From Oikopleura dioica (Eukaryota > Animalia > Chordata), in contig OU015567.1 of assembly GCA_907165135.1 (NCBI GenBank), positions 3,968,001 through 4,032,000 on the forward strand: a stretch of 64,000 nt of DNA. Direction: 5' to 3'. Below the pieces are notes generated by a model. The model worked only from the letters and a program-made list of their open reading frames with translations, did not search any database and was not told where the DNA came from. Position numbers and translations under genes: made by a program. Position 1 is the first letter of the stretch, and each line of letters opens with the position of its first letter. Below, in pieces: positions 9,942 through 21,160 of this stretch.

Positions 9942-12933
9942 CTAGTTTTGTGGATCCATAATGATCTTGCAGGCTTTGCCGGACAAAAGCGCATCGTAGG
10001 CGGTTTTGAAGTCGGACAGGGGGACTCGATGAGAGACAGTCATTTCTATTGAGGTTTAATGAAAAGGAAGATGATAGTGATGACAGACCTGGTTGAACCT
10101 TTCCACTTTCGATCAATTTTTCGCACTCCTCCCAAGTGTGGAAAATCTTTCTTCCGTGGACGCTGTGAATCTCCAAGCTCTTGAAAATCAGATCGGGCAG
10201 GGGATCCTCAAACGTCACTGCCGACTTAGGCAGGCCAACGAGGCCGAGTTTCCCGCCTTTTCGCATGTATTTCAGACATTTTGACAGGGTCGGAGCATGC
10301 CCAGAAATTTCGCAGATTCGGGGAATTCCCTCGCCATTTGTTGCTTTCATGATGGTTTCGTGGAGGTCTTCTTTTGTCACATCAATCACTAGAATCAGTT
10401 TTAAAGGAGCAAATAAATAAATAAATAAAAAAGAAGGTGTGGACCCTTATGCTTTGAATTATGTAACTATCAAAGGGTATATTTACGAAGTACTTCTATT
10501 TGGGTCAGAGGACCAAAATCTCTACTCCTTGATGTTTGTTTTTATGGCCTCTATTTGTCGAAATTTGTTGCACTCAGAAGAGACAGTACTTGAATAAATC
10601 ACAGTCCACGTCTAGAAAATGAGCTTTTTCGGGACTTGCAGTTTGCGAAAAATTATAAAAGCAGCACTTTTGAGCATTTTTGCTGTTTCGGCGCTTTTTG
10701 GAATAGCCCTAGCAGCTGGAGTTACAACAGTGAAAATAACAGAGGATAAAACTAAACCCGAAGAGATAACTACTTCTATTCCGGGCTTTCCGGACGGACC
10801 AGAAGGAGTCGATTTTGCCTGTAACGGCAGCGCTAGAATCCCGATAGATAATATTCTTTGGGAGAGAAATGATCTTTACCAAGGAGAAAACTCAGGCAAA
10901 AATCGATTCTTTCCGACAAATCGTCTTAATTTCTTTTAGATTATGCCGATTGGTGCATTTTCATCCCGTCTGCTCCTCGATCCCGACTTCCATACAAAGC
11001 CCAATGCGCTCTATACGATGCTTTACCCATTTCAATCCACGACGATCTCACTCAAAAATCCTTTGAAATCGCAAAATCAGACATCGATGATATTCAAATC
11101 ATCCAATTTGGCGGCGAAACAAATCGAAGAGGGGAGTTTTCCTGGTTCGACGGAACGTAAGAAAAACTTTTTAAGAATCGTTTTCATATTTCAAGTTTAG
11201 AAAGATTGATTTTATGGAAAGTGAACTCGCAAGCGGAACTGGCGAACTCTACCTTGACTCTGCCGGATGGGAGGTCAAATCTGTCATGCGAAATGTCTCC
11301 GCTCACTTTGCCTGCTACGTTGATCAAAAAGCTCTTACTACAGTTACAAGTACTGCTTCCTCCGCTTCTACGAGCTCATCCAGTCGACCAACTTTGTCCC
11401 CAACAACGACGACATCGAAAACGACTACCACACCGCTGCTAACAACAACGACAACAGAGGAAATCACGTTAGGATGGAGCTATTGCGATTCAGGTACCGT
11501 AGACTCTTCTGATTGTTGATCGAAAAGTCAATAAAATCAAATTCCAGACGCTGACAAAACAAAAATTCTTTGGACAACAACGCCCATTTACGATGGTGCA
11601 AGTGATCAGTTCAAAGACTGGTGTGTTTACATTCCGAGAGAGTCTCGTCAATCTGGACTATCAGTAGACGAGCATTGCGAGCAGTTTTTCGGATCTGGTT
11701 TATCAATTCATGACCAAAACTTGCAAAATTCCATCGAAAGAGGTAAACGAACCTATATGTAAATTTTGATAATTTTTAGTTTTTCGGGAATTTTCTGAAG
11801 TTTCTGTAATTTCTGTTGGCGGCAAAAAAGACGCAAGAAATGAAGACTTCTACTGGCAAGATAACAGGTAATTTGAAAACAAAGACAAAATTCGAGATAA
11901 AATTTAGCGATGTGGATTACAAGAAGCGAGAACTGAATGGATTGACTGTTGGAACCGGAGAACTGGTTTACGCAAGAGCGAACTTTCAAAACGGAAATTG
12001 GGAGCTCACAAAAAATGAAAATACATTGAGCCATTCTCATTTTGCTTGCTATCAGAAGATTCCGGAAAAAGAAGGCTCCGCTGAAATCATAGAAGACTAC
12101 TTTCAACCACTTTTTTGAAAAAAAATCCGTTTTTTTTTTGTAAATAAAAAAAGACTTTTTCAAATCATTTTTTACCTCTATCCGCGCCCATTTTCTCCGC
12201 CAACTCCAATTTATCAGCAATCACATCCGCCGCATAAATCTTCTTAGCTCCCATTCCTCGGGCACACGCAATCGCCAGCAATCCTACCGGGCCGCATCCG
12301 ATTACGAGAAGGTCCTGGCCAACAATGTCGATTCGCTCTAGAATATTGTGGGCGACACCCATCGGTTCAATCAGACAAGCTTGTTCGTCGGTGATGGATG
12401 AGTTGATTGGGTAGAGGTACTTGGAGCTGACATTTGACAGCTCAGAGCAGCCACCCTTAATCCAAAGATATTCAACTGGGAAAAAGGCTCCTTTACCTGA
12501 GTAGTTCCTTTTCCATGCCCATATTGCTTCATCTTATTGCAAATATCACCCCTTCCTGCATCACACATGCAACAATTTTCGCAGTAAAAATGGTTCTCCA
12601 CCGCTACTCGCTGCCTGATTTTATGAGTCGCTTCCGGGCCGCATTTGACCACGATTCCGACGGCTTCATGACCAGGGATGAAAGGCAAAGATGCGATCGT
12701 TCTAGCTACATCATTCCATTTCCACAAGTTTATGTCTGATCCACAGACCGAAACAGCCGTTACTTTTATTTGGCATTCGTCTTGAAAAATATTTTGACTC
12801 TATTGCTTTCGCTTATTTATTTAAAAATTGATATAAGAAGATATTTTCGAAAACCTCCAACAGGCTCATCAATGGGACAATTTTCGTCGAATTCAAATCC
12901 CTCAGCTGGGTCTCTTTTGATTAACGCTCTCAT
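9942..12933 (-). CDS. tdh: Zn-dependent (MDR-family, bacterial-type) L-threonine 3-dehydrogenase, five exons
   Basis: MRALIK..., VSVCGSD, PGHEAVG, HFYCENCCMCDAGRGDIC (structural Zn), IEPMGVAH, VIGCGPVG (NAD-binding), SVHGRKIFHTW, C-terminal GKACKIIMDPQN*. Large intron 10389-12175. Confidence 0.9.
10619..12118 (+). CDS. Membrane-anchored protein with two divergent C-type-lectin-like domains separated by a Ser/Thr-rich linker
   Basis: N-terminal hydrophobic anchor. Two internal repeats: ILW..DWCxxIP..SIHD..GG..FxWxD..GTGEL..GxWE..HFACY. Lies wholly inside the tdh intron. Confidence 0.7.
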
Positions 12934-13069
12934 TTTTATTGCTTTGATTTTCTTACTTATTGACCCCAGAACCGAGTCCGTGATTGTTTGCCAAGGGCAA
13001 ATGCAACTACGCCTACAGATAATTATTAAATAAGACCTCCGATAGAAGCAATACCCCCGTCAACCCTTT

Positions 13070-13158
13070 CACGATCAATCCAAACACAGAAGGAGCAGTT
13101 GCTCTTAGGTCAATGATGATGATTAATTTTATTTCCTGCCTGAAAAAGTAGAGCCTCT
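13070..13158 (+). repeat. 89-bp direct repeat, left copy
   Basis: CACGATCAATCC...GAGCCTCT matches 18068-18156 with one mismatch. Confidence 0.95.
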
Positions 13159-14756
13159 GATTTGGCTTCATTATATCCAGATGCTTCATTTTATCCAAAG
13201 CTTCATCCTATCCAATTACTTCATTTCATCCAAATTTTTTTTTGGATAAAATGATGCCTTTGTATAAAATGAAGCTTTTGGATAAAATGAAGCCAATTTT
13301 CAAAAAAATCAGAATTTGGATAAAATGAAGCATATGGATAAAATGAAGACAAAATGTTATCGGAAAAATCTGTGGATATAATGAAGCTTTTGGATAAAAT
13401 GAATCTTTGGATAGAATGAAGCGATGGATGAAATGAAGCAATTGGATAAAATGAAAACTTCATTTTGAATTTCATAAACTGTTGACTCAATAAAGCGTTA
13501 GAATGAAAGGAAGCTCTTGATAAGAAAAATCAGTTTTTGAAAAAAAAAAATATAATCCATACTTCATAGCGGCGTTATTAAAAATGACTTTTTTATTGAA
13601 AGTTAGATCCTGAGTCAGGCTTTTTACACAGAAAGCTTTCATAACTCACGAACTATTGAAGTCATTTTCGTTTTAAAAAATTCATTTTAGCGACAATTCT
13701 TCTTCATCAAACGACCTTAACATCGGATCATCGGATTTCCACGGTTGCGAATGCAAAAACACGCAGTCCTATTACGACATTCGGTTACGCACCAATCGAG
13801 CTACAGTAACAGACTGCAGTTACAGAGGGCCAAAGTAACCGAAAAGTAGATTTCATCATCTGTCTCTTCGTTTTTGGCTATTTCTTGCAGAAACAATCTC
13901 CATGCTGATGAGCACTTCGATCCAGATCGTTTCATTCTGTATTTTTCAATAGAAAAGTCTTATTTGATGAAACAATAAATAGTAACGTCTTCGTTGTTTA
14001 TTAATAAAATTCGCTAATAACAGCACATACTATCAATTTGAACATAATCATAAAAAATTTTATTGAATTCAAGCAAGTAATCTAAAGCCAAAAAGTCTCT
14101 AGATGAAAAAATTATGAGACGTCGTGGCGCTCAGACTGTAAGACTGCGAGACTATAAAAATTAGCAAAAAGTCTCTAGATGGTAATTTATTTCTGATGCA
14201 CGATCAGAAAAGATGTGAAAAGAGAAAAATGCTGTCTCAGGTCAGTGTCTATATCCAAACGAATCCGAAAATTCCAAAAATATTTTTTCCGGGAATCGTC
14301 CGAGTGGGACGCGGACTTTTGGTGTAAAAGGGCCTTTTCTTGTAAATTTGAAAAACACTTTATACGCCAAAATAACATTCCTTATTTATTTTTTCGAGGT
14401 GGATGATTCTTTTATCGTCATTATTGAGCGTTGAAAATAATTTTTTCAAGAAAAAATCAGAATTCGGAATTTTTAAAAATTTGTTTTTTCCATAAAATTG
14501 TTCCTGGAGTTTCTTAATGATTAATTAACGTATGAGATGACGTAAAACATGCTTAACTTTTGTTGAAGATAATTTCGTTACGTCTCTCTAGAAAAAAATC
14601 CTTCAAATTAACAAGAAAAGGCAATTCTATAATAAATTCTTGTAAAGGGGACGGAGAGGGGGGTCGACGAGAATTTTCAGGGTTGATCGTTATTTCGCTT
14701 ATAAAGATAATTCTTGGTGATAAAATATAAGATGACAATATAGGGACTCCCGGAAT

Positions 14757-14807
14757 ATGTCGCGAATGTCGCGAATGTCGCAAATGTCGCAAATGTCGCG
14801 AATGTCG
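14757..14807. repeat. 9-bp tandem repeat (ATGTCGCRA)
   Basis: About 5.5 copies. An inverted partial copy occurs at ~16144-16161. Confidence 0.9.
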
Positions 14808-15330
14808 AAGCAAAAAATAAAATTGAAAACAAAGACATTCTAGAAAATAAGAATTTCCGAATCCCTCGGAACAGTAGGGGCGTGAAAACAGATGTGTAAC
14901 CTGCCAAATCAAGGAGTTTCCTACCAGTTAACCCGCGGAGCGGGCACTTACTTACGATGGTTTCAATATTTCAATATTTCTCGTTTTTACGAAGTTCTAC
15001 CATATTTTATGACTATTTTCGATAATTCGGCAATTTTGTTATTTTATCTACCGTGGGCGAGAGATATCACGACGGAGTCTGAGGGCCCGGGCCGGGGTTT
15101 TGAATATTTCGCGCACATTCAAGTATTTTCCCATGCCTAATGGAGGACTTTTATCTGGTGGAAGACCCAATTGATGGAAGATAGGTCTAACCTAGACTCT
15201 TTAAGATTATTTAATCTTTAACTTATAAATAGATAAAAATTTTAAAAAATCTTGATCATGTGACTCTTGGAGGACCCCTGGAGGACCTTTTCTGGTGGAA
15301 GACCGGCCTTCCTGGAAGACCCTTAAAATT

Positions 15331-15704
15331 CAGCCCCGTTCCATGATTTTTAAATTTAAGGGCTTGACGGCCCTTCGGGCCGTCTCAGCCCCGTTCCATG
15401 ATTTTTAAATTTAAGGGGCTTGACGGCCCTTCGGGCCGTCTCAGCCCCGTTCCATGATTTTTAAATTTAAGGGGCTTGACGGCCCTTCGGGCCGTCTCAG
15501 CCCCGTTCCATGATTTTTAAATTTAAAATGCTTGACGGCCCTTCGGGCCGTCTCAGCCCCGTTCCATGATTTTTAAATTTAAGGGGCTTGACGGCCCTTC
15601 GGGCCGTCTCAGCCCCGTTCCATGATTTTTAAATTTAAGGGGCTTGACGGCCCTTCGGGCCGTCTCAGCCCCGTTCCATGATTTTTAAATTTAAGGGGCT
15701 TGAC
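15331..15704. repeat. 56-bp tandem array (6 full units + 1 partial), each with hairpin GACGGCCC-TTC-GGGCCGTC
   Basis: Units start at 15331, 15386, 15442, 15498, 15554, 15610 and 15666 and are nearly identical. Confidence 0.95.
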
Positions 15705-16298
15705 AATGGCTGGGAACTCCGAGGTGATCAATCTCAGTCCCCAACCCCGCCCACACCCATCGTCTTTAAAATTCAAATTGATCAAGTTTTCAATTATGTT
15801 ATGGTTTTGAATATATTTTTTAATTTAAAGATTTTCTTTGATTATTATTTACAAATTATTATTATTTAGTTTATTTATTATTAAAACAAAATCAAAGTTA
15901 TAAAAATTGAAGGAAGAAGAAGTTTCTAAGGTCAATTATTGAGAGAGGTGAATTGTGAAAAATGTTTCTAGACGGGGGGTTGTTGTTGTTCTTCGCGGAG
16001 GACCCACTCCCACGTGGCGCAAGATGCGCGCCAAAAAGAGCAAAAAGATTGGGACGAGAAAAACACGCGCAAATGCCCCAATCTATTTCGCTCTCCGTCG
16101 TGAAATCTCTCGCCCTCGGTAGAACAATTGCTGTTTTTCGAAATTGCGACATTCGCGACATGGAAGATTTATATTATAAATATATGTAAATATAAATATA
16201 AATAAATATAAATATAAATATATGTATAATATTTTTATATTATACATTAACTAAAAATGTGCTGGGGTCCGGATGTGTATATATAGCATAAAGTAAAA

Positions 16299-16731
16299 GG
16301 CCAATTTCAATAAGGAATCCAAATTCAAAATCCTAACCCCCCATGTATTCATGCTCGTTGGAAAGAGCGTAAAAAGTTACGTCAGAAAAAAATATTTCTG
16401 GTGAAGAGCTATCTTTTTCGGAAAAAATTTTGAAAAAATCGGAAGAAAAATTTTTTTCTAGAGTTGGATATTTCGTATTAAACTCTACCTCGGGTAGGTC
16501 AAGGCGATCATTTTCGTGTATTAAACTCAAATTTTCCATTTGTGGAAAAAAAATGAGAGGGGAACCAAGGTTTTGGACTTTTGGAACTTCAATCACCCGC
16601 CATGACGTCATTGCTGATGACTCAGCCTCTAGAAATATTTTTTTCTGACGTAACTTTTTACGCTCTTTCCAACGAGCATGAATACATGGGGGGTTAGGAT
16701 TTTGAATTTGGATTCCTTATTGAAATTGGCC
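16299..16731. mobile_element. MITE with ~100-bp TIRs starting GGCC, possibly PIF/Harbinger-type
   Basis: 16299-16399 is the reverse complement of 16631-16731. Flanked by AAA on both sides, a possible 3-bp TSD. Confidence 0.7.
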
Positions 16732-16738
16732 AAAGCTA

Positions 16739-16951
16739 ACCCACGCTCATTTGGGGACCGTATATCGGGCCAGGTGTTCACACCAGACTATTTTCAGGAA
16801 AGCTCACCCACGCTCATTTGGGGACCGTATATCGGGCCAGGTGTTCACACCGGACTATTTTCAGAAAAGCTTACCCACGCTCATTTGGGGACCGTATATC
16901 GGGCCAGGTGTTCACACCGGACTATTTTCAGAAAAGCTCACCCACGCTCAT
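16739..16951. repeat. 67-bp tandem repeat (3 full units + partial)
   Basis: Units start ACCCACGCTC at 16739, 16806, 16873 and 16940. Confidence 0.95.
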
Positions 16952-18067
16952 ACACCCTTAAGAATAAGACAAGATAAATTTTATAAGATAAATTTCAAGT
17001 TTTCAGCCATCAATAGACTCCTGCGAACCAAAAAACGGTTGGTGTCACGAATCGACAAAAATCCCGACAAAATTTTGCGTGGAAATTCTCAACCAATCAG
17101 CAGCCTTGATCCGTCGAATCCTGTTGTCGACACGATGCCGAGCCGTAAGCGGAAAAGACCGGTTTCTTTTGCAAACTGATGTATTCATGCCTGTTTTTTA
17201 TCGAAAAAATATAATTGAAATATTTTAATTTATATCTTTTGATGTTTCTTTTGTTGAAATTTCTTACTTTTATTTTAAACAGACAAAAAACAAGGACAAC
17301 AAGCAAAAATGTTTATTTTAAGTAGACTCTAGTATAGTCAGAAAATATTCTTGATTTTAAAAATTCATCGTCGAGTTCGCAAGGTACATTATTATCGAAA
17401 GTTAGTGTTAGGATCGGTATTTCGAAGCTTTTTGCTCGTGCCCGGGAGTGAGCAAATGAAGAAAATGAGGAATTTCTGAGTTTGCGAAAATATGTGAACA
17501 AATACGTAAGGACCCGTTGTTTGCGGAATAATAAACGCCTCTGATGCCTCGTTTTACTAGCTGCACTTGTTTAATTAGACAAAAAGAAATTCAATAGATT
17601 CGTTCGGTATCGGGCGAGAATTCAATTAAAAACTTGAAGAATTACTGAGTGGGGGTCGAGTAGAATATCAAAAATAAAGACAAGTTAAACTGTTTTTTCA
17701 CCTGAAAAATATCGCTTCATTTTATCCATTTGACTCATTTTATCCAAGAACTTCATTTTATACAAAGCATCATTTTATCCATTTGCTTCATTTTATCCAC
17801 TTTTTTAAACGTTAAAATACTAGCTTCATTTTATCCATTGACTTCATTTTATCCAAGTCGTCATCTTATCCAATAACTTCATTAGATACAAATGCTTCAT
17901 TTTATCCATTTTCTGAATTTTTTGAAAAATGGGCTTCATTTTATCCAAAAGCTTCATTATATACAAAAGCATCATTCTATCCAAAAAAAAATTTGGATTA
18001 AATGAAGTAATTGGATAAATTGAAGCTTTGGATAGAATGAAGGTCTTGGATATAATGAAGCCGAATC

Positions 18068-18156
18068 CACGATCAATCCAAACACAGAAGGAGCAGTTGC
18101 TCTTAGGTCAATGATGATGATTAATTTGATTTCCTGCCTGAAAAAGTAGAGCCTCT
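18068..18156 (+). repeat. 89-bp direct repeat, right copy
   Basis: Matches 13070-13158. Ends 21 bp upstream of the lipase ATG. Confidence 0.95.
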
Positions 18157-18177
18157 AGTTTTTCTGTTTTATTAAAA

Positions 18178-19460
18178 ATGGGTTTCCTTGACTATTTTAA
18201 AGAGACTCTGTCCAACTGCATCAACAGGGATGCGGAGAAATGGATCGAAGAGAATTATCAAGACGTCTCAATTGATAAAATCCTAAAAGTACAATTTTCA
18301 ATTCGGCTAGCTGCGCTTGCTTATTATTCCAATGTAAAAAGTGTTAATATCTTATCCAATTCATTCTGTTTTAAGCATTTTGCCTGCCTCGACAGTGTTT
18401 CTCTAGAAAAGAACAAAAATGATTTTTCCAAACTTTTGCCTGAAAAAATGATTGGGACTGAACTCGATAAGGCATTGGATCAAAAATCTTCAATTATGCC
18501 ATTGGCATAATGCCAATGGCCCATTGCAAATCGCGTCGATTTTCTGTATTTTGAATCCGGTTTCAGTCATCTATGATTTCACTGCTAAAGAGATTCGAAA
18601 TTTTCGACTTCGAAGCTATTCGAGACGACAGAACCGGTTCCGATGCCATCTTAATCTTCGCAAAAGACAAGCCTGTCGATAATGTTGAGGGAAAAACCTA
18701 TGCCATTGTCACCGTCTGCGGGACATTCGAGCTGCAAGACGTCTGGCAAGACATCAAGATCTCCCAAGTTCAGTTTGAAGAAACAGAAGCTCGCGCACAC
18801 AGCGGATTTTATGAATGCTTCCAAGCTCTGAAGCCGGGAGTTGAAAGCTTTCTTGATAAAACTGTCGCTGAAAAAACGGTCGACGAAATTTTGATTGTTG
18901 GGCATTCACTTGGTGGCGCAGTCGCCTCTCTTCTCGGAGCATCGCTAGGATTGGCTTAGATTTTTACAATTTTTAATTTTTTAACATTTTTTTAAATTGA
19001 TATAAAATCAAAACCAAAATTTGAGCACCGAAGTATGAAGGGGAAAATTTCCGAGTAGTGAGTGTTGGTGCTCCGAAAATCGGAAATAAGGCTCTGCAAG
19101 ACTTGTTCAAAGAAAGGTTCAATCATACCGTTCTATTTGAATATGCATTAGTTGTATTTGAAGAGTGAAGAAGCATGTGCGAGTCCGACTAACGAGCGAT
19201 CTTATAGTGAGAATGCCAAATCTTCTGTATTGGTTCAGGAAAGCCTTTTTTTGAATTGACGAAAGAAAACCTTCTTCAGAAATTCAGGCGAAGACCACGA
19301 CCCGACTGACTTCCCCATTTTTGACGAGTCCGACTTTCCCATCGGAAGTCATTTTACTCATCGTGTTTACGTCGGGCTGGAAAAAAATAAAGAAATTATT
19401 TTTAAGAAAAAGTTCGGAAACGCTGTTCAAAAGGCTCAAAAATATCTGCAAGCTCAATAA
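18178..19460 (+). CDS. Class-3 lipase (alpha/beta hydrolase)
   Basis: VCGTFELQDVWQD, AHSGFYEC, IVGHSLGGAVA (GxSxG), VSVGAPKIGN, RVRLTSDLIVRMP. Confidence 0.85.
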
Positions 19461-19511
19461 AACAGGAAATAGATGACAAGAACAATCAGTAATTGACCTT
19501 TATAATCAGAA

Positions 19512-20903
19512 TCAAAGAAAAAGAAAAAAGTGAACTGAAATGATCAAAAACAGAAGCAGTTTCGAAGCGGATGAATGATCCGATGAATTCGAGAAAATGA
19601 CGATTTCCCCTTGAATTTCCCTCAAATCAACGTCATCCAACAGAAATGCAGATACTTTTATGCTTTTTGAATATTTTTCCAAATTTTCGTCCCCTATGAA
19701 GATGGCTTTCCGGGTCGTCAACAGCTCTTTATTCCCTGAGAAGGATTAGTTGAATAAGCTTTACTGCAAAATTTACCAATTTGATTCTGGCAATCAGATT
19801 TTGCCTGGCAAAAGATCTCGTCATTTTTGCTGCACGCTCCAACAGATACTTCGAAAATGACTGTTTTCGAATTGGCGAAGGAAAAACTTTTCAGAATAAT
19901 CGTTTTTGCTTCCTCATCAATTGTGACAATTTCTTCAACTTCTTGCAGTGCGCATCCGTTTTCAATTAAGGAAACGGAGCTTGATAAATCGCCAGAACTT
20001 GCGGTAAGGGATTCAATTCGATAGTCGAGAGAGTCGACGAGTTTTTCCGGCTTGATAAGCATAAGTTGACCAAGATTCAAGTTTTTAAAGTTCGAATGAT
20101 CGCAGGCACCAGTGATTTCAAGAGAGCAGATTTGAAGGTCGAAAAATGATCTTGATTGAGAGGAATTTGACGAGACCGTGATTGCAGTTGTGTCCAGCGC
20201 GATTGTTGAGTTCAACAGGTCCCCGTTCTTTAATATTTTTTATGCGTTTAGTGGTATTCAGCGATGGCTCGTGGAGAAACTCATTAACCCTGCTTTTTCG
20301 ACTCAATAGCCACGCCCGTCGGTAACGTAGCGTGTGGTAACTCATGATCATTTCTTAGTTACCTCATGTCAGGGGCCATAAATATATTGATGGGGTAAAA
20401 AACAAAGCCTTTAAAATCAAAATTGATAAAAAAAATACCTGGAAACTGCATTCAAATTCTAATGCAGCAGTTTCTTCCTTTTCTTTTAATTTTGAATATT
20501 CTCCAGTCTCATTGACATATAAATGTTCTATCAAGGCATTTAACTTCCATCGATAGCTAAATCTGTCCCAAAAACCAGGCTGCACTTCCAAGTACGATCC
20601 GCACTCTTCGAACGGCAGAATAATTCCATCTTCGGTGAAATATTCAGCGCAATTTTGAAGAGAAAAAGTTGTGGAATTGTCAAACTCGCCGAAAAATTGG
20701 ACCGATAAATAATTGCTTCCGAATTGAAAATTATAACAACGCGGATTTAATGATATTCTGAATTCATCTTGCCCGCATTCAAGTTCGAAGATGTCTTCTC
20801 TTTCACAAGGAATATATTCTTGAGTTATAGTCGCAAGAGTCGATGTTTGCGACGAAAATACTGGTTTGAAAAGGAGGCTCTCGATAAAAACAAGTATTTT
20901 CAT
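19512..20903 (-). CDS. ZP-domain protein with hydrophobic (GPI/TM-like) C-terminus
   Basis: Signal-like start MKILVFIE, LEC..FRI, PFEECG, LEFECSF, LIENGC, IFEVSVGAC Cys pattern. Ends LLLFLIISVHFFLFL*. Confidence 0.7.
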
Positions 20904-21160
20904 GGTTTTTAAAAAAGCAAAGATGAAGAGAAAACCGAGACGGAAAATATGATCAATCATTATAATCGTAAAATTAAGCCGATCCCAAAGGAATGAGCTT
21001 ATTCAACTCCTTGTCTATTGACATAAAACCAGCAGAAACCAGCAAAAATCAGCAGGCTACTCTCGTAGAGCCCGGTTCGAAATCGTACTTATGAGCGAGT
21101 GAACTGGAACGATACCTATTGACCCTGTCTTTTCCAGCTGTTGGTGACGCCCGTTATTAA

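Larger units (their letters stand above)
13159..18067. mobile_element. Non-autonomous foldback-like element with long TIRs built of ~16-bp subrepeats (CTTCATTTTATCCAAA)
   Basis: Left end GATTTGGCTTCATTATATCCA; reverse complement of right end GATTCGGCTTCATTATATCCA. The ends align for roughly 170 bp (about 85% by eye). No transposase ORF inside. Confidence 0.75.

Noticed and set aside
12955-13140. Exon-like minus-strand frame (..VDGGIASIGGVVAFALGKQ..*) overlapping the left 89-bp repeat
   Set aside because: No start codon or consistent upstream exon was found, and it requires a non-canonical intron. It is not supportable without cDNA.
15331-15704. CRISPR-like array or bacterial terminators
   Set aside because: The units are identical end to end with no unique spacers, there are no cas genes, the context is eukaryotic, and the hairpins are not followed by U-tracts.
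16678-17179. ORFs with repeated GDRISGQVF / WGPYIGPG peptides (also 14677-14907 ATFATF and 13221-13490)
   Set aside because: These are by-products of the tandem DNA repeats, with no domain or splice support.
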